Below, one piece after another: positions 24,369 to 34,310 of a DNA stretch of 44,030 bases. A program made the translations under genes and the position numbers. Location: the IMG/VR virus record IMGVR_UViG_3300036773_000018, positions 1-44,030 of that record. The stretch is one strand, 5' to 3'. The DNA comes from a virus (taxonomy: Duplodnaviria; Caudoviricetes). Numbering within the stretch: position 1 is the stretch's first letter; each line of letters begins with the position of its first letter. The notes beneath the pieces are model-generated. The model was not told where the DNA came from and did no database searches. It saw nothing but the letters and a program-made list of their open reading frames with translations.

Positions 24369-25208
24369 ATGACGATGGTGCAGCCAAACGTAGGCAACGC
24401 GCTCGGCACGATTGCCGAAGTGGTGCAGATGGTCAACGCGGGGGACACCACCTTCAACATGCCCTACGGCACCGCGCGCCTCATCATCGAGCCGGGTCAG
24501 TCCTTCATGGGGCAGAGGGAGATCGCAGCGCACTTCATGGGACGGTGGTGGACGGACAACACCGACCCCAAGTACCGCGAGCGCGCGGAGGATCTGCGAC
24601 GCATCCGTACCCTCTATGGGTGCTACGAGGACGACGCGATGTGGAACGCGCGCAAGCCGAACCTCGTGCTCTACTCCGCGTCGGGTGAGGAGATCCGCAC
24701 CCTCTTGGACGACCCAGAGGGGCACTACGCGAAGCCGCAGGGTCTCATCCTCGGTTCGTCGCTCGAGGCGCAACTCGCGGTCATGCAGCAGCAGATGGCG
24801 CAGATCCAGAACGCCATCGCGAACAAGGAGGGAATGCCGCCGCAGATGGACTCCTCGGTCGCGCCGCCGCCTCCACCTCCGCACACTCCTCCCGGCACCA
24901 TGACGGGCGTGTCTGGCTTCCCCGGCGCTGTCCCCCTTGCGGCCCCCACACCCGCGCGCTTCCCGCAGGCTCCTGTGCCGCAGGCTCCCGCGCGGGGTGG
25001 AACGGGGGAGTTCTCGGAGGAGTACTTGCGCGACCTTCAATCCACCATGCCCGCGGATCACGGTGGGGACGACATCGTGGGTGACGAGATCGGTACACGC
25101 ATCCCCGTGGACGCGCGCGAGGTGGAGCCCGAGGGTGTGCCGGTCGACTCGCCTCCGATCCTGAAGACGGGTCCAGGGGTCTCGGCGGTGCGCTCCTCAC
25201 AGACCTGA
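24369..25208 (+). CDS. Hypothetical protein with Pro-rich C-terminus
   Basis: 279 aa in the head-tail region. Confidence 0.7.
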   Translation: MTMVQPNVGNALGTIAEVVQMVNAGDTTFNMPYGTARLIIEPGQSFMGQREIAAHFMGRWWTDNTDPKYRERAEDLRRIRTLYGCYEDDAMWNARKPNLVLYSASGEEIRTLLDDPEGHYAKPQGLILGSSLEAQLAVMQQQMAQIQNAIANKEGMPPQMDSSVAPPPPPPHTPPGTMTGVSGFPGAVPLAAPTPARFPQAPVPQAPARGGTGEFSEEYLRDLQSTMPADHGGDDIVGDEIGTRIPVDAREVEPEGVPVDSPPILKTGPGVSAVRSSQT

Positions 25209-25510
25209 TGTCACCCGAGGAGCTCCGTAGCCACCTCCTTCTGCACAACACCCTCACCATCGACCAGGCCGAGGCGTTGAGGCAGGAGGGGTGGCTGAAG
25301 GCGCAGGAGCGGGACACCAAGTCGAATGCCTGGAATGCGCCGGAGCACTCCTCGCTCTCGGACCGCACACGCGATAATCTCGGGAACCACGCGGCCCTCC
25401 ATCTCACGACCGAACTGTTCGAGCTGCAAGGTCAGATCAAAGCCCGCGCCGCCGAGATAGAGAACATCCGCATACAACTCGCCTACGATCCCGTAGTCCC
25501 GAGCGAGTAA
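25208..25510 (+). CDS. Hypothetical protein
   Basis: 100 aa, TGATG overlap. Confidence 0.6.
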   Translation: MSPEELRSHLLLHNTLTIDQAEALRQEGWLKAQERDTKSNAWNAPEHSSLSDRTRDNLGNHAALHLTTELFELQGQIKARAAEIENIRIQLAYDPVVPSE

Positions 25511-25529
25511 CCGAGTAGGGAACGGGACG

Positions 25530-26222
25530 ATGGCGACAGAGACGTATGCGGTCCTCATCACCAACCTCCGCGTTCGACTCGATGAGGTAGGCGTCGAAGG
25601 GTTCTGGAAGGACGCAGAACTCCTCCGCTACCTCGTGGAAGCAGCGCGTGACGTAACGCGCAAGTCCGAATGCAACCGCGCGGTCGCGGACATCGCGTTC
25701 ACCGCGGGGGACTTCGAGAAGACTGGACCCACCGACGCGGTGCGTCTCCACCGATGCGAGTGGAAGACAACGACCGACACGCGGCGCATCCCCCTCACCT
25801 ATCAGGACTTCGACAACCTGGACGCGGTGTGGTACACGCAGCAGTCCATCACGCCGGGTGAGCCGCGGTGGTGGACAACGTGGGGAATGCCTCCGAACCT
25901 CACCATCAAGGTCTACCCCATCCCTCCCGCCGCGGGTGCGGTGCGCGTCTACTACTACTCCCTCGCGCCGATCACGACGGACCCGAGCGGGAGTGTGCCG
26001 GTTCCTGGTGGGTGGGAAGACGTGCTTCTCGACCACGCGTGCTACAAGGCCATGATGAAGGATCGGGACTCGCGGTGGCAGTCGTACAAGCAACTGTACG
26101 ACGAGAACCTCGCGTCGCTGATGGACACCGCGCAGAAGTACGCAGACACGCTCGGCATGATTACCACGCCCTCGGGCATGGGGATTCCCGCGTGGCTGTA
26201 CGACGAGAACTACTACGGGTGA
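25530..26222 (+). CDS. Head-tail adaptor (tail tubular A-like)
   Basis: W.DAELLRYL.EA, GEPRWW, IKVYPIP, and YKAMMKD are typical of adaptors. Confidence 0.7.
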   Translation: MATETYAVLITNLRVRLDEVGVEGFWKDAELLRYLVEAARDVTRKSECNRAVADIAFTAGDFEKTGPTDAVRLHRCEWKTTTDTRRIPLTYQDFDNLDAVWYTQQSITPGEPRWWTTWGMPPNLTIKVYPIPPAAGAVRVYYYSLAPITTDPSGSVPVPGGWEDVLLDHACYKAMMKDRDSRWQSYKQLYDENLASLMDTAQKYADTLGMITTPSGMGIPAWLYDENYYG

Positions 26223-26232
26223 GGAGTAACGG

Positions 26233-26997
26233 ATGAGTTGGTCGCAGCCCGCCAACAGCACGCCCGTCGCAGTGGGTGGAACATGGACTCCGCAGGTGCA
26301 GACGTTCCGCAGCGCGTACCAACTCGCGCAGGCAGGAGCCGCGCCGCAGCAAGCGCAGTACCAGCTCAACAACATGGCGGGGATGCGTGGCATCGGTGAC
26401 CAGTTGTACGGCGGGCAACTCGACGCGGCAGGGCAGCAACTTCAGTACCAGGGGCAGATGGGTGACCTCGGCGCGCAGATCGGAACGAACGCGATCGACC
26501 TCGCGGCGGCGCAGCGTCAAGATCCCTACTACGCGCAGCTTCAGAACCTCTCGGGACAGGACTACCAGAACACCCTTGCCGCGCTCGGCCTCACGCACGA
26601 CACCAACCTCGCGGATCTCCTGTCGCAGCAGACCTCGCAGGGATCGACGCAGACGAAGGGGAACCGCCAGCAGAAGGGGTTCATCAACCTGGACTACTTC
26701 CTCGGCGCAGGGAAGGCGAACATCGCGCAGCAGCAGTCGCAGTTGACCCTCGCGGAACAGCGTCAATCCGCGAAGGACCGCGCAGCGCAGCTTCAGATCG
26801 AAGCGAACAACCTCGGCACCAAGCCTGAGTTGCTACAGCAGCAGCTCCAAAACGCGTTGTCGAAGGCTGGACTGAGTACGAAGATGTCTGTCGATCAACT
26901 GATGGACGGATTGGCGAAGAACGATCTCGACTCCGTGAGCCTCTACAACCAACTCATCCAGTGGTCGCAGAACGTCGCGAACGCGGCGGGGAAGTAG
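26233..26997 (+). CDS. Internal virion/ejection protein (Gln-rich)
   Basis: Helical Q/A/L-rich composition and position. Confidence 0.5.
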   Translation: MSWSQPANSTPVAVGGTWTPQVQTFRSAYQLAQAGAAPQQAQYQLNNMAGMRGIGDQLYGGQLDAAGQQLQYQGQMGDLGAQIGTNAIDLAAAQRQDPYYAQLQNLSGQDYQNTLAALGLTHDTNLADLLSQQTSQGSTQTKGNRQQKGFINLDYFLGAGKANIAQQQSQLTLAEQRQSAKDRAAQLQIEANNLGTKPELLQQQLQNALSKAGLSTKMSVDQLMDGLAKNDLDSVSLYNQLIQWSQNVANAAGK

Positions 26998-27003
26998 GCA
27001 ACG

Positions 27004-28668
27004 ATGGCTGGTGGACCGACCGGAGTTTTCAAGGCACCGAGTGGAAGCCTCTCCCCGGCGACTCCGTACATCGACGGTGTACCTGTTTCCTGGCGGGAAT
27101 GGACGATGTACCAGGAGGCATCACAGCCGATGCCTTTGTTCTCGAATGCCGCCGCAGCGCGCGCGGCCGGGGTGGAACCTGACTATGCGGGAGATGTGTG
27201 GTGGGCACCGGGTTCTTACACCGCGCCAGCAGCACAGACGGGCGCGTACGGAACAAACGCGTTGGGCGCAGCGGGTCAAACGGTTGCGCCATACTCCGCC
27301 GCGAGTCAACGCGCACTCGGCGCTGCACCCACCTACAACGAACTCCTCGCCCCCTACGCACAGCGCGCGCTCCCCACGGGCACCTCCGCGACGCAGACCT
27401 TCGCGATGCCTGCCGCCACGGAAGCCGCTGCACCCTCCATGCCGATCGCGATGCCCGCGCGGTCGGGGATAGGGATGAGCGTCGCGGACTGGCAGAAGGT
27501 GGGCGCGGATCTCAACGCGAACCTCGCCGGGGCTCCGCAGCCCACCCTCAGCGGGGGTCTCGCGCCCGCTGACATCGAAGCGCTGTACTCTGGTGGCCCC
27601 CGCGGGTTCCAGGGTGCCGCTCCCGGTGCCTCTGCGCTCCCTGGTGCCGCCGCCGACCTCGAAGCCGCGGGTGGTACTGGTCTCGGCGCACGGCTCGCAG
27701 GCATGGCCGGGAACGCCAAGGGAGCCGTACTCGGGGAAGGCGGGCTCGGGGCGTACCGAGGAGCCCTGGCGGAAGGCGGGCTCGCTGGTGCGGGGAAGCT
27801 GGCACTCGGGCGCGGGCTCGGCGGCATGGCGATCTCCACGGGCGCGAACCTCGCGGCTCCCCTCGTCGGCGCGGGTGTCGACAAGCTGGTCCCCGGTACC
27901 GGCAGCTCGGCGGGCGACGCGGTGAAGTCGATGGGTCAGGGCGCGGGACTCGGCTTTGCTCTCGCGGGTGGTCCCGGCGCGGTCGCGGGTGAGGCTGTCG
28001 GCGGACTCGTCGCGGTGGGGAACGAACTCGGCAACCTCTCCAACGCCAACAGCTACGACGATCTCACCAACCAGTTCACGAAGATCACCTCGAAGCTCCC
28101 CGACGACGCGCGCAAGGCGCTCGGGCAGCGCGCGTACGCAGGGTTCCAGGCGTTCGAGGGCGACAACGACAAGCGCATGGCGGACTTGCAGAAGGTCGCC
28201 ATGATGGCGCGGAAGGTTAAGCAAGGGAAGCTGGTGTACGACCCCGAGTCGAACTCGCTCCTCACCAAGAAGCAGGCAAATCAGGCGTCGGGTGCATCGG
28301 ACGCGGGTTCGATCGGCCCGAACACGCAACGTCGACTCGCGATCCAGGCCGCAGCCGCTCGCATGATGCAGCCGCTCGCCAACCAAGTGCAGCAGCAGGG
28401 TCAGGCATTCGGTGCCACCATCGGCGCGATCCCCGGCGTCCCTCCCGAACTCGCTGCATACGACGCGGCGCAGCGGAACTACTACGGCAACACGACCGCC
28501 GCCGCACTCACGGGAGCCGCGTACGCGCAGCCGCTCATCAACGACATCAATGCCTCCATTCAGCAGCAGCAGAACTACCTCGCGCAGATCAACGCGGCGA
28601 AGACCTCGGGCTCGGGCACGACGGACTTCGCGGCACTCGCCAAGCAACTCGGCATCAAGGCGAAGTAG
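27004..28668 (+). CDS. Internal virion/ejection protein (Gly/Ala-rich)
   Basis: Glycine-zipper-like hydrophobic region GAGLGFALAGGPGAVAG. Confidence 0.55.
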   Translation: MAGGPTGVFKAPSGSLSPATPYIDGVPVSWREWTMYQEASQPMPLFSNAAAARAAGVEPDYAGDVWWAPGSYTAPAAQTGAYGTNALGAAGQTVAPYSAASQRALGAAPTYNELLAPYAQRALPTGTSATQTFAMPAATEAAAPSMPIAMPARSGIGMSVADWQKVGADLNANLAGAPQPTLSGGLAPADIEALYSGGPRGFQGAAPGASALPGAAADLEAAGGTGLGARLAGMAGNAKGAVLGEGGLGAYRGALAEGGLAGAGKLALGRGLGGMAISTGANLAAPLVGAGVDKLVPGTGSSAGDAVKSMGQGAGLGFALAGGPGAVAGEAVGGLVAVGNELGNLSNANSYDDLTNQFTKITSKLPDDARKALGQRAYAGFQAFEGDNDKRMADLQKVAMMARKVKQGKLVYDPESNSLLTKKQANQASGASDAGSIGPNTQRRLAIQAAAARMMQPLANQVQQQGQAFGATIGAIPGVPPELAAYDAAQRNYYGNTTAAALTGAAYAQPLINDINASIQQQQNYLAQINAAKTSGSGTTDFAALAKQLGIKAK

Positions 28669-28671
28669 CCA

Positions 28672-28809
28672 ATGAACTCCGACGAGAAGGCGCGGCGCAT
28701 GGTCGAACGCGCGATCTGCAACGCGGCGCGTGACCTTTCGCCCCTGTCGTCGGTGTCCTCGGTTGTTGGTGCCTACAGCGTCATCGTGACGGTGGTGGTA
28801 CCGCGATGA
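28672..28809 (+). CDS. Small hypothetical protein (45 aa)
   Basis: Fills the gap; ATGA overlap with the next gene. Confidence 0.4.
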   Translation: MNSDEKARRMVERAICNAARDLSPLSSVSSVVGAYSVIVTVVVPR

Positions 28810-31800
28810 GCTTCATTGACCCCAACGCGGATCCTACGGGTGTCGGTGGACTCGTCGCGCAGAACACGACCGCGCTTCCGCCCATCGTCAAGAACCTGCC
28901 CAACGCGCAGAAGGCGTACGCGAAACGCTACACGCCGCAGCAGGTGCAGGTGCTCCACAGCTACTTCGACAAGAACGTCGTCGGTAGCTTCCTCGAGTAC
29001 GAGAAGTCGCGCGTCGCGAAGGGGCAATACCCCCTCAGCTCCGAAGACGCGCTCAAGGTGATGGCCGCGGCGCAGAAGGGTCGCGCATCGACACCCGCGC
29101 CCGATCGTTCCGCGCTCGACATCCTCGGCAACGCCGCGTCCGATGTAGGTGACATCGTGACGGGCATCCCGAAGATGCCGGAACAGATCGCGGCCGACGT
29201 GATGGATCTGCCGAACATCGGAAAGCGCATCCACGACGCGGGCGGCGGCGTCGGCGGATTGCTCTCGGCCCCGGTAGTGCGACTCATCCCCGGAGCGTAC
29301 ACGGCGAAGAACATCGCGACCGGCGACCTCCACGAAGCGATCACGCACCCAGTGATGACCGCGCTCGACGTGCTCCCCTACGCGAAGGAGCTGCACGTCG
29401 GTGAGCGCATCGGCAACCTCGATGTACCCGGCACCACGAACCTCGAATCAGGTGGGCGCAACACCATCTCGGACTACACCGACCGCGTGAAGGGTGTCGC
29501 GGAACGCTCGAACATCGGCCAGGCGGCGAAGAACGCATTCGGCGGCGACACTCGAGGGCTTTCGCGCATCCTCGGTGAGAACGTGCATGAGTTGGGCGCG
29601 CGCATGAACCCGGCGATGGCGTTCGCGTTCGACGACAACCTCACGCACGTCGCCACCGAATCCATCGACCTCGCGAACCGTGCTCAGAAGTCCTTTGACT
29701 CCCCCGAGCGCGCCGCGCAGGTGTTCCACGCGATGGAGACCGACAACCTCTCCTCCGTGAACCTCTCCGACAAGGAACTCGCGGGTGTGCAGATGGCGCG
29801 CGACGCGGCAACCATGCAGTCGCGGTTCAACATCGACGCGGGCAACATCCTTGAGCGCAATCTCAACGGCACGACCGAGCAACTCCTTCCGGCGCAGGCG
29901 AAGAAGATCGACGCGGCGCGCTCGAAGTACACGGTGCACACCACCATGACGAACCTGCGCGAGTCCGTCGTCAACGGTGCAGCCGATCCGGATGTGCTCG
30001 CGCAGCACGTACAGGATGCGCTCGCGACGGAGCCGAAGCTGAAGGTGCAGCGCGACATCCTCTCGGGGTACGTGCACGCGCTCGACCGCTCAGGGTACGA
30101 CACGGGAACGTGGCTCTCCGACATCTCCCGCGCGCGCAAGGCCGACATCCCTTCCGTCGCGGACATCCGCGGCACCATCGAACAGCCCACCGAAGGCGCG
30201 GTTCGTACGCGTCGGCGTACCGGCAACCCCGCGCTCGAGTCCGCCGACCGTTGGATGGAGCGCAACCGCGACTATACGACGAAGGCGAATGCGCGTCTCG
30301 CGGAACGCACGCAGGGCATCGAACAGAAGGTGGTGCCCGCACGCTGGCAACCGCTCATGCAGGACATGCGCGTCGACCGCGCGAAGTCGTTCATCGACCA
30401 GACGTTCGCGGCTGACGATCCCGTACACGCGCAGCTCATGTCCGACGTGCACCAGCACATCTACAACTCGATGCCCGAGGGTGAGATGGCGCGCATCGAC
30501 GGCGAGATCCGCGCCGCGATTCCCGAGCTGCGCGCGCAGGGTGTCGACCCGCAGTTCTTCCACCACGTCTCGCCCGACGCGGCGCGCTCGATGAACAACC
30601 CGACGATCACGACGATGGTGCCTACCCCCACGCAGCTCCGCGCGCGCATCAACGACTGGACTCCCCACGTCGACAGCTTTTCCGTCTCGCTCACGCATGG
30701 CGCGCTCGAGTTGCTGCGCCAGGATCAGACCATCAAGGCTCTCGACGGCGTGCGTGAGGCATACACGCAGACGGTGGCGCAGAGGGAAGCTGAACTCGGT
30801 CCCATCGCGCGACGCGCCGCGGAACGCAACGGGACCAGCTATCAGCAGGAGTTCGAGAAGCTCCTCCGCAAAACCACCGTCAAGTGGGATGCAACGGAGC
30901 GCGGCTTCTTTCCCGACCGCGCGAAGGCTCCCGTCGCGAATGACGCGATCTTCAATCCCGATGATCTCGTGATCGACAAGCACCTCGCGCACGCGCTGCA
31001 ACAGGCGATGAAGCCGCCGCCCTACTCGCGCCTCCTCGATCCCGTCACCAAGGCATTCCGGTACTCGGTGCTCCCGTTCTCGCCGCGGTTTCACCTGAAC
31101 AACATCGTCGGCGGCACGATCATGGAGGCACTCGAAGATCCCCGCGCGTTGGCGAAGTTGCCGGAGGGCATGAAGTTCTCGCGCGACGTGTACAACATGA
31201 GCAAAGCAATGGCGCGCGGTGAGTCCTACGAACTTGCGGACACCACGAAGGCGATCATCGAGTCGATGCCGAAGGAGATGCGCGCGCAGATCGGCTCGCT
31301 CAGGTACGGCGTCGACGCGGAGGGCTTGTACTCGACGCGCCTCGGGGGGCAGCTCGGGAAGTGGGCGCAGGACTCCGGCGTCGCGCGTATGGCAGAAACG
31401 GGTATCGACAAGTTCAAGGCTGCAGCCGACTGGTCGATGAACGTCAACCAACTGTGGGACGACGCCTATCGCACCTCCGCGTATCTCAGCGACTTCGACA
31501 AGGGCATCAAGAAGGGCATGTCGCCGGAGGAAGCGGGCGCAGTGGGATACGCGCTGGCGAACAAGATCATGCCGCGCTGGTTGGAGATGACGCCCATCGA
31601 GCGCAGCGTGTTCCGCGCGGTGTTCCCGTTCTACTCCTTCATGTCGCATGTCTTCCGGTACGCGATGCGCTACCCGATGGATCACCCGTGGCGCACAAGT
31701 GTGATGGGTGGCCTCGCGCGCGCGGAGTTGGATGATCTCGGGACGGGACTGCCGCAGATGCTCGGCGCGCTGTTCCCGTTCGGTGGTGTCGACGCATCGG

Positions 31801-32486
31801 GGAACCAGAGCATGATTGACATTGGCGCGTCGAACCCGTTCCGCGACCTCGGGGATCAACTCACCGTCGCCGGGTTCCTCGGACAGACGAACCCGGTGTT
31901 CAAGGGCGCGCTCAGGTCGATTGGGTATGACCCCGACGTGCGCGGTCCGAACCTCTACCCCGATGTCACCTACGACCCGAAGACGGGACAGTTCAAGTCC
32001 GCACCTGTTGGCGCGACCTCACTCCTCGGTGGGTTCGCGAAGGACGTGATCCCGCAGACTGCCATAGTGGGCGAGCTGTTGGGAACATCGTCGGAGTTCA
32101 AGTCGCTCCTCCGCACGAATCCGGGTGCGGCGACGCGCATGTTGTTGTCGCAGGCGGGCATCCCGAACGTGTACAAGAAGGTGCCGGTGTACGCGGACAT
32201 CTACAAAGCCGAAGTCAATCGCCAGCAGTCGCAGACCGACACGTGGAACGCCGCGCTCAAGTCCGGTGACTACTCGCGCGCGTGGGACTACCCCGAGCTG
32301 CGTCCACAGATCCGCGCGCTCCTCGCGTTGCAGAAGTCGGGTGCGTTCAGTGGAGGAGGTGCACTCGCGCAGTACATTGCCGGTGCGCCGAACACCTACC
32401 TCGAAGGCGTCGCCAACGCGTCCGCGGCACCGAGTCCGAGCGGGTCGCAGTCGAAGACGCAAGCCGAAGTTCGCGTCTCACAATAG
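28806..32486 (+). CDS. Large internal virion (DNA ejection) protein
   Basis: 1226 aa, mostly helical; PRFHLNN..G and RAVFPFYSF resemble large podovirus core proteins. Confidence 0.6.
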   Translation: MSFIDPNADPTGVGGLVAQNTTALPPIVKNLPNAQKAYAKRYTPQQVQVLHSYFDKNVVGSFLEYEKSRVAKGQYPLSSEDALKVMAAAQKGRASTPAPDRSALDILGNAASDVGDIVTGIPKMPEQIAADVMDLPNIGKRIHDAGGGVGGLLSAPVVRLIPGAYTAKNIATGDLHEAITHPVMTALDVLPYAKELHVGERIGNLDVPGTTNLESGGRNTISDYTDRVKGVAERSNIGQAAKNAFGGDTRGLSRILGENVHELGARMNPAMAFAFDDNLTHVATESIDLANRAQKSFDSPERAAQVFHAMETDNLSSVNLSDKELAGVQMARDAATMQSRFNIDAGNILERNLNGTTEQLLPAQAKKIDAARSKYTVHTTMTNLRESVVNGAADPDVLAQHVQDALATEPKLKVQRDILSGYVHALDRSGYDTGTWLSDISRARKADIPSVADIRGTIEQPTEGAVRTRRRTGNPALESADRWMERNRDYTTKANARLAERTQGIEQKVVPARWQPLMQDMRVDRAKSFIDQTFAADDPVHAQLMSDVHQHIYNSMPEGEMARIDGEIRAAIPELRAQGVDPQFFHHVSPDAARSMNNPTITTMVPTPTQLRARINDWTPHVDSFSVSLTHGALELLRQDQTIKALDGVREAYTQTVAQREAELGPIARRAAERNGTSYQQEFEKLLRKTTVKWDATERGFFPDRAKAPVANDAIFNPDDLVIDKHLAHALQQAMKPPPYSRLLDPVTKAFRYSVLPFSPRFHLNNIVGGTIMEALEDPRALAKLPEGMKFSRDVYNMSKAMARGESYELADTTKAIIESMPKEMRAQIGSLRYGVDAEGLYSTRLGGQLGKWAQDSGVARMAETGIDKFKAAADWSMNVNQLWDDAYRTSAYLSDFDKGIKKGMSPEEAGAVGYALANKIMPRWLEMTPIERSVFRAVFPFYSFMSHVFRYAMRYPMDHPWRTSVMGGLARAELDDLGTGLPQMLGALFPFGGVDASGNQSMIDIGASNPFRDLGDQLTVAGFLGQTNPVFKGALRSIGYDPDVRGPNLYPDVTYDPKTGQFKSAPVGATSLLGGFAKDVIPQTAIVGELLGTSSEFKSLLRTNPGAATRMLLSQAGIPNVYKKVPVYADIYKAEVNRQQSQTDTWNAALKSGDYSRAWDYPELRPQIRALLALQKSGAFSGGGALAQYIAGAPNTYLEGVANASAAPSPSGSQSKTQAEVRVSQ

Positions 32487-32495
32487 GAGAACCGG

Positions 32496-34310
32496 GTGCC
32501 GGAGACCGAACCTCAACAGCAGCTCGGGCAGATCGTCGTTGACGACTTCCGGCCAGGGATCTACAACACGTGGTCGGCGGGCAACGGTGCCGCGAGCGCG
32601 CCCGATGGTGCCGCGCAACTCACCGGGACGTACGGGTGTGTCGCGTCGCGCACCGGCTCGCTCATCGCCGCGCCGAAGAAGGTGAAGTCGAAGACGCAGG
32701 CGCTCATCGACGCGAACGCTGCGAACAAGTACCCAACGGGTGATGCGCGAATGCACATCATCTCCATGCGGAACTTCTCGCCCGCCTATTCGCTCGTGCA
32801 AGCCAACCAGTCGGACTACCCCGACGCGGTGACCGTGCTGTACTCGTGGTGGTACGACTCCGCGGGTGGCGGCGTGAACTTTAAGCACCGCGGCGTGGCG
32901 CGTATCTACAAGGTCTCATCGAGCGGCACGTTCTACGACATGATCGCGTTCACCGCGGGCAACACGCTCGCCGTGGGAACGAAACCTTCGCATGGAATCG
33001 GGACCATCGACATCGGGCGCGCGAACGATACGCACACCGACTATCCCGGCGCGCCGGTCATCGTCGCGACGTTCTTCGGCATCGGTACCGTCACGCAGGC
33101 GCAGGCGCGCTCCTTCCCCTCCTTGACCACCGGAGGTAGCACCAACGCGCGCACGGACTCGACAACGACGATGGTGTTCGAGACGCTTCTAACGGGCGCG
33201 CTCGCGATCTTCGCCCACCAGGATCGGTTCGTCATCCTCGCGATCGGTACACCCGAGACCAACATCGGAGGCACCCAGCTCGGCAGCGACATGGGCACCG
33301 AGCAGACCGAGTTCTTGTACTACACCGACGTGAACTCGGTGACTGGTGGCACGCTCGAAAACTTCGCAGAGTTCGTCGCCGAAAATCCATTTGGATATGG
33401 CTCGTGGAAGTCGGTCAACGCGGGGGAACTATTCCTGGTCAAGAAGCGCGGCGGCGGCGTGAGCATCCGGAATGACTTCGATCGGCCCACGGTGATCCGA
33501 CTGCCGGGTATCGAATCAACAGGGTTCGCGATCAACCTCGGGTGCTCGCTCCCCGATGGCACCTATCTCTACGGCTCCGAGCGCGGCGTGTACGTATGGA
33601 GCGGGGGGGATACGACGCAGCTCGTGTCGCCGCAGCTCGAGGGGTGGTTCTGGAAGGCAAACGCCACGGAGAACACCGCGATGGTGAGCCCGACTGCCGG
33701 GTACTCGGTGGTCGATCAACTCTGCAACCCGATCTTCGTCACCGCCGCGCATCCGCAGCTCATGGGTACGTGGGCACCGTGTGGCGACCGGCTCATCTTC
33801 GGCCCGAACAACTGGTGCTACGACTCGATGGGCAAAGGCTGGTTCCGTCACTCCAACCCCGCGACGGTCATCTATGGATATCACGACACGGCGATGAACA
33901 ACCGCCTCGTCGCCTGCCCGTACTTCGTGGACGCGACGCAGACCGAAGCGATCGCGTGGTTCGATCCGATGCAGGGTCAGGATCACTACGAATGGGTGAG
34001 TCAGCCGTTGCAGAAGACGCGGGGGAGGGTGATTCAGGCGAGGGGGATGGACGTAGTGGTGCAAGGGAAGGGCGTGATGACGTTCAAGCTCACGGGCCTC
34101 GATGCACTCGAATCACCCACCGCGACCATCACGATCGACACGACGAAGCCGATCACGGTGAACATCCCGCAGCTCACCGTGAAGTCCCACGACATCGTGC
34201 TCCACGTCACCTCCGACAAGGGCACCGGCACCACCGCGCCCGAGCTGAAGCGGTTCACCATCCCGTACTACGAAGGTGAGACGGCGCGCATGAGGACGGC
34301 GAGACCGTAG
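32496..34310 (+). CDS. Tail nozzle / tubular B-like structural protein
   Basis: 604 aa, beta-rich; N-terminal DDFRPGI and GVYVWSGG..QLVS. Confidence 0.55.
   Translation: MPETEPQQQLGQIVVDDFRPGIYNTWSAGNGAASAPDGAAQLTGTYGCVASRTGSLIAAPKKVKSKTQALIDANAANKYPTGDARMHIISMRNFSPAYSLVQANQSDYPDAVTVLYSWWYDSAGGGVNFKHRGVARIYKVSSSGTFYDMIAFTAGNTLAVGTKPSHGIGTIDIGRANDTHTDYPGAPVIVATFFGIGTVTQAQARSFPSLTTGGSTNARTDSTTTMVFETLLTGALAIFAHQDRFVILAIGTPETNIGGTQLGSDMGTEQTEFLYYTDVNSVTGGTLENFAEFVAENPFGYGSWKSVNAGELFLVKKRGGGVSIRNDFDRPTVIRLPGIESTGFAINLGCSLPDGTYLYGSERGVYVWSGGDTTQLVSPQLEGWFWKANATENTAMVSPTAGYSVVDQLCNPIFVTAAHPQLMGTWAPCGDRLIFGPNNWCYDSMGKGWFRHSNPATVIYGYHDTAMNNRLVACPYFVDATQTEAIAWFDPMQGQDHYEWVSQPLQKTRGRVIQARGMDVVVQGKGVMTFKLTGLDALESPTATITIDTTKPITVNIPQLTVKSHDIVLHVTSDKGTGTTAPELKRFTIPYYEGETARMRTARP

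Noticed and set aside
17507-31859. Long antisense ORFs (17507..19354, 21303..22979, 27121..28647, 30090..31859)
   Set aside because: They are shadow frames of high-GC genes on the opposite strand, with no motifs.
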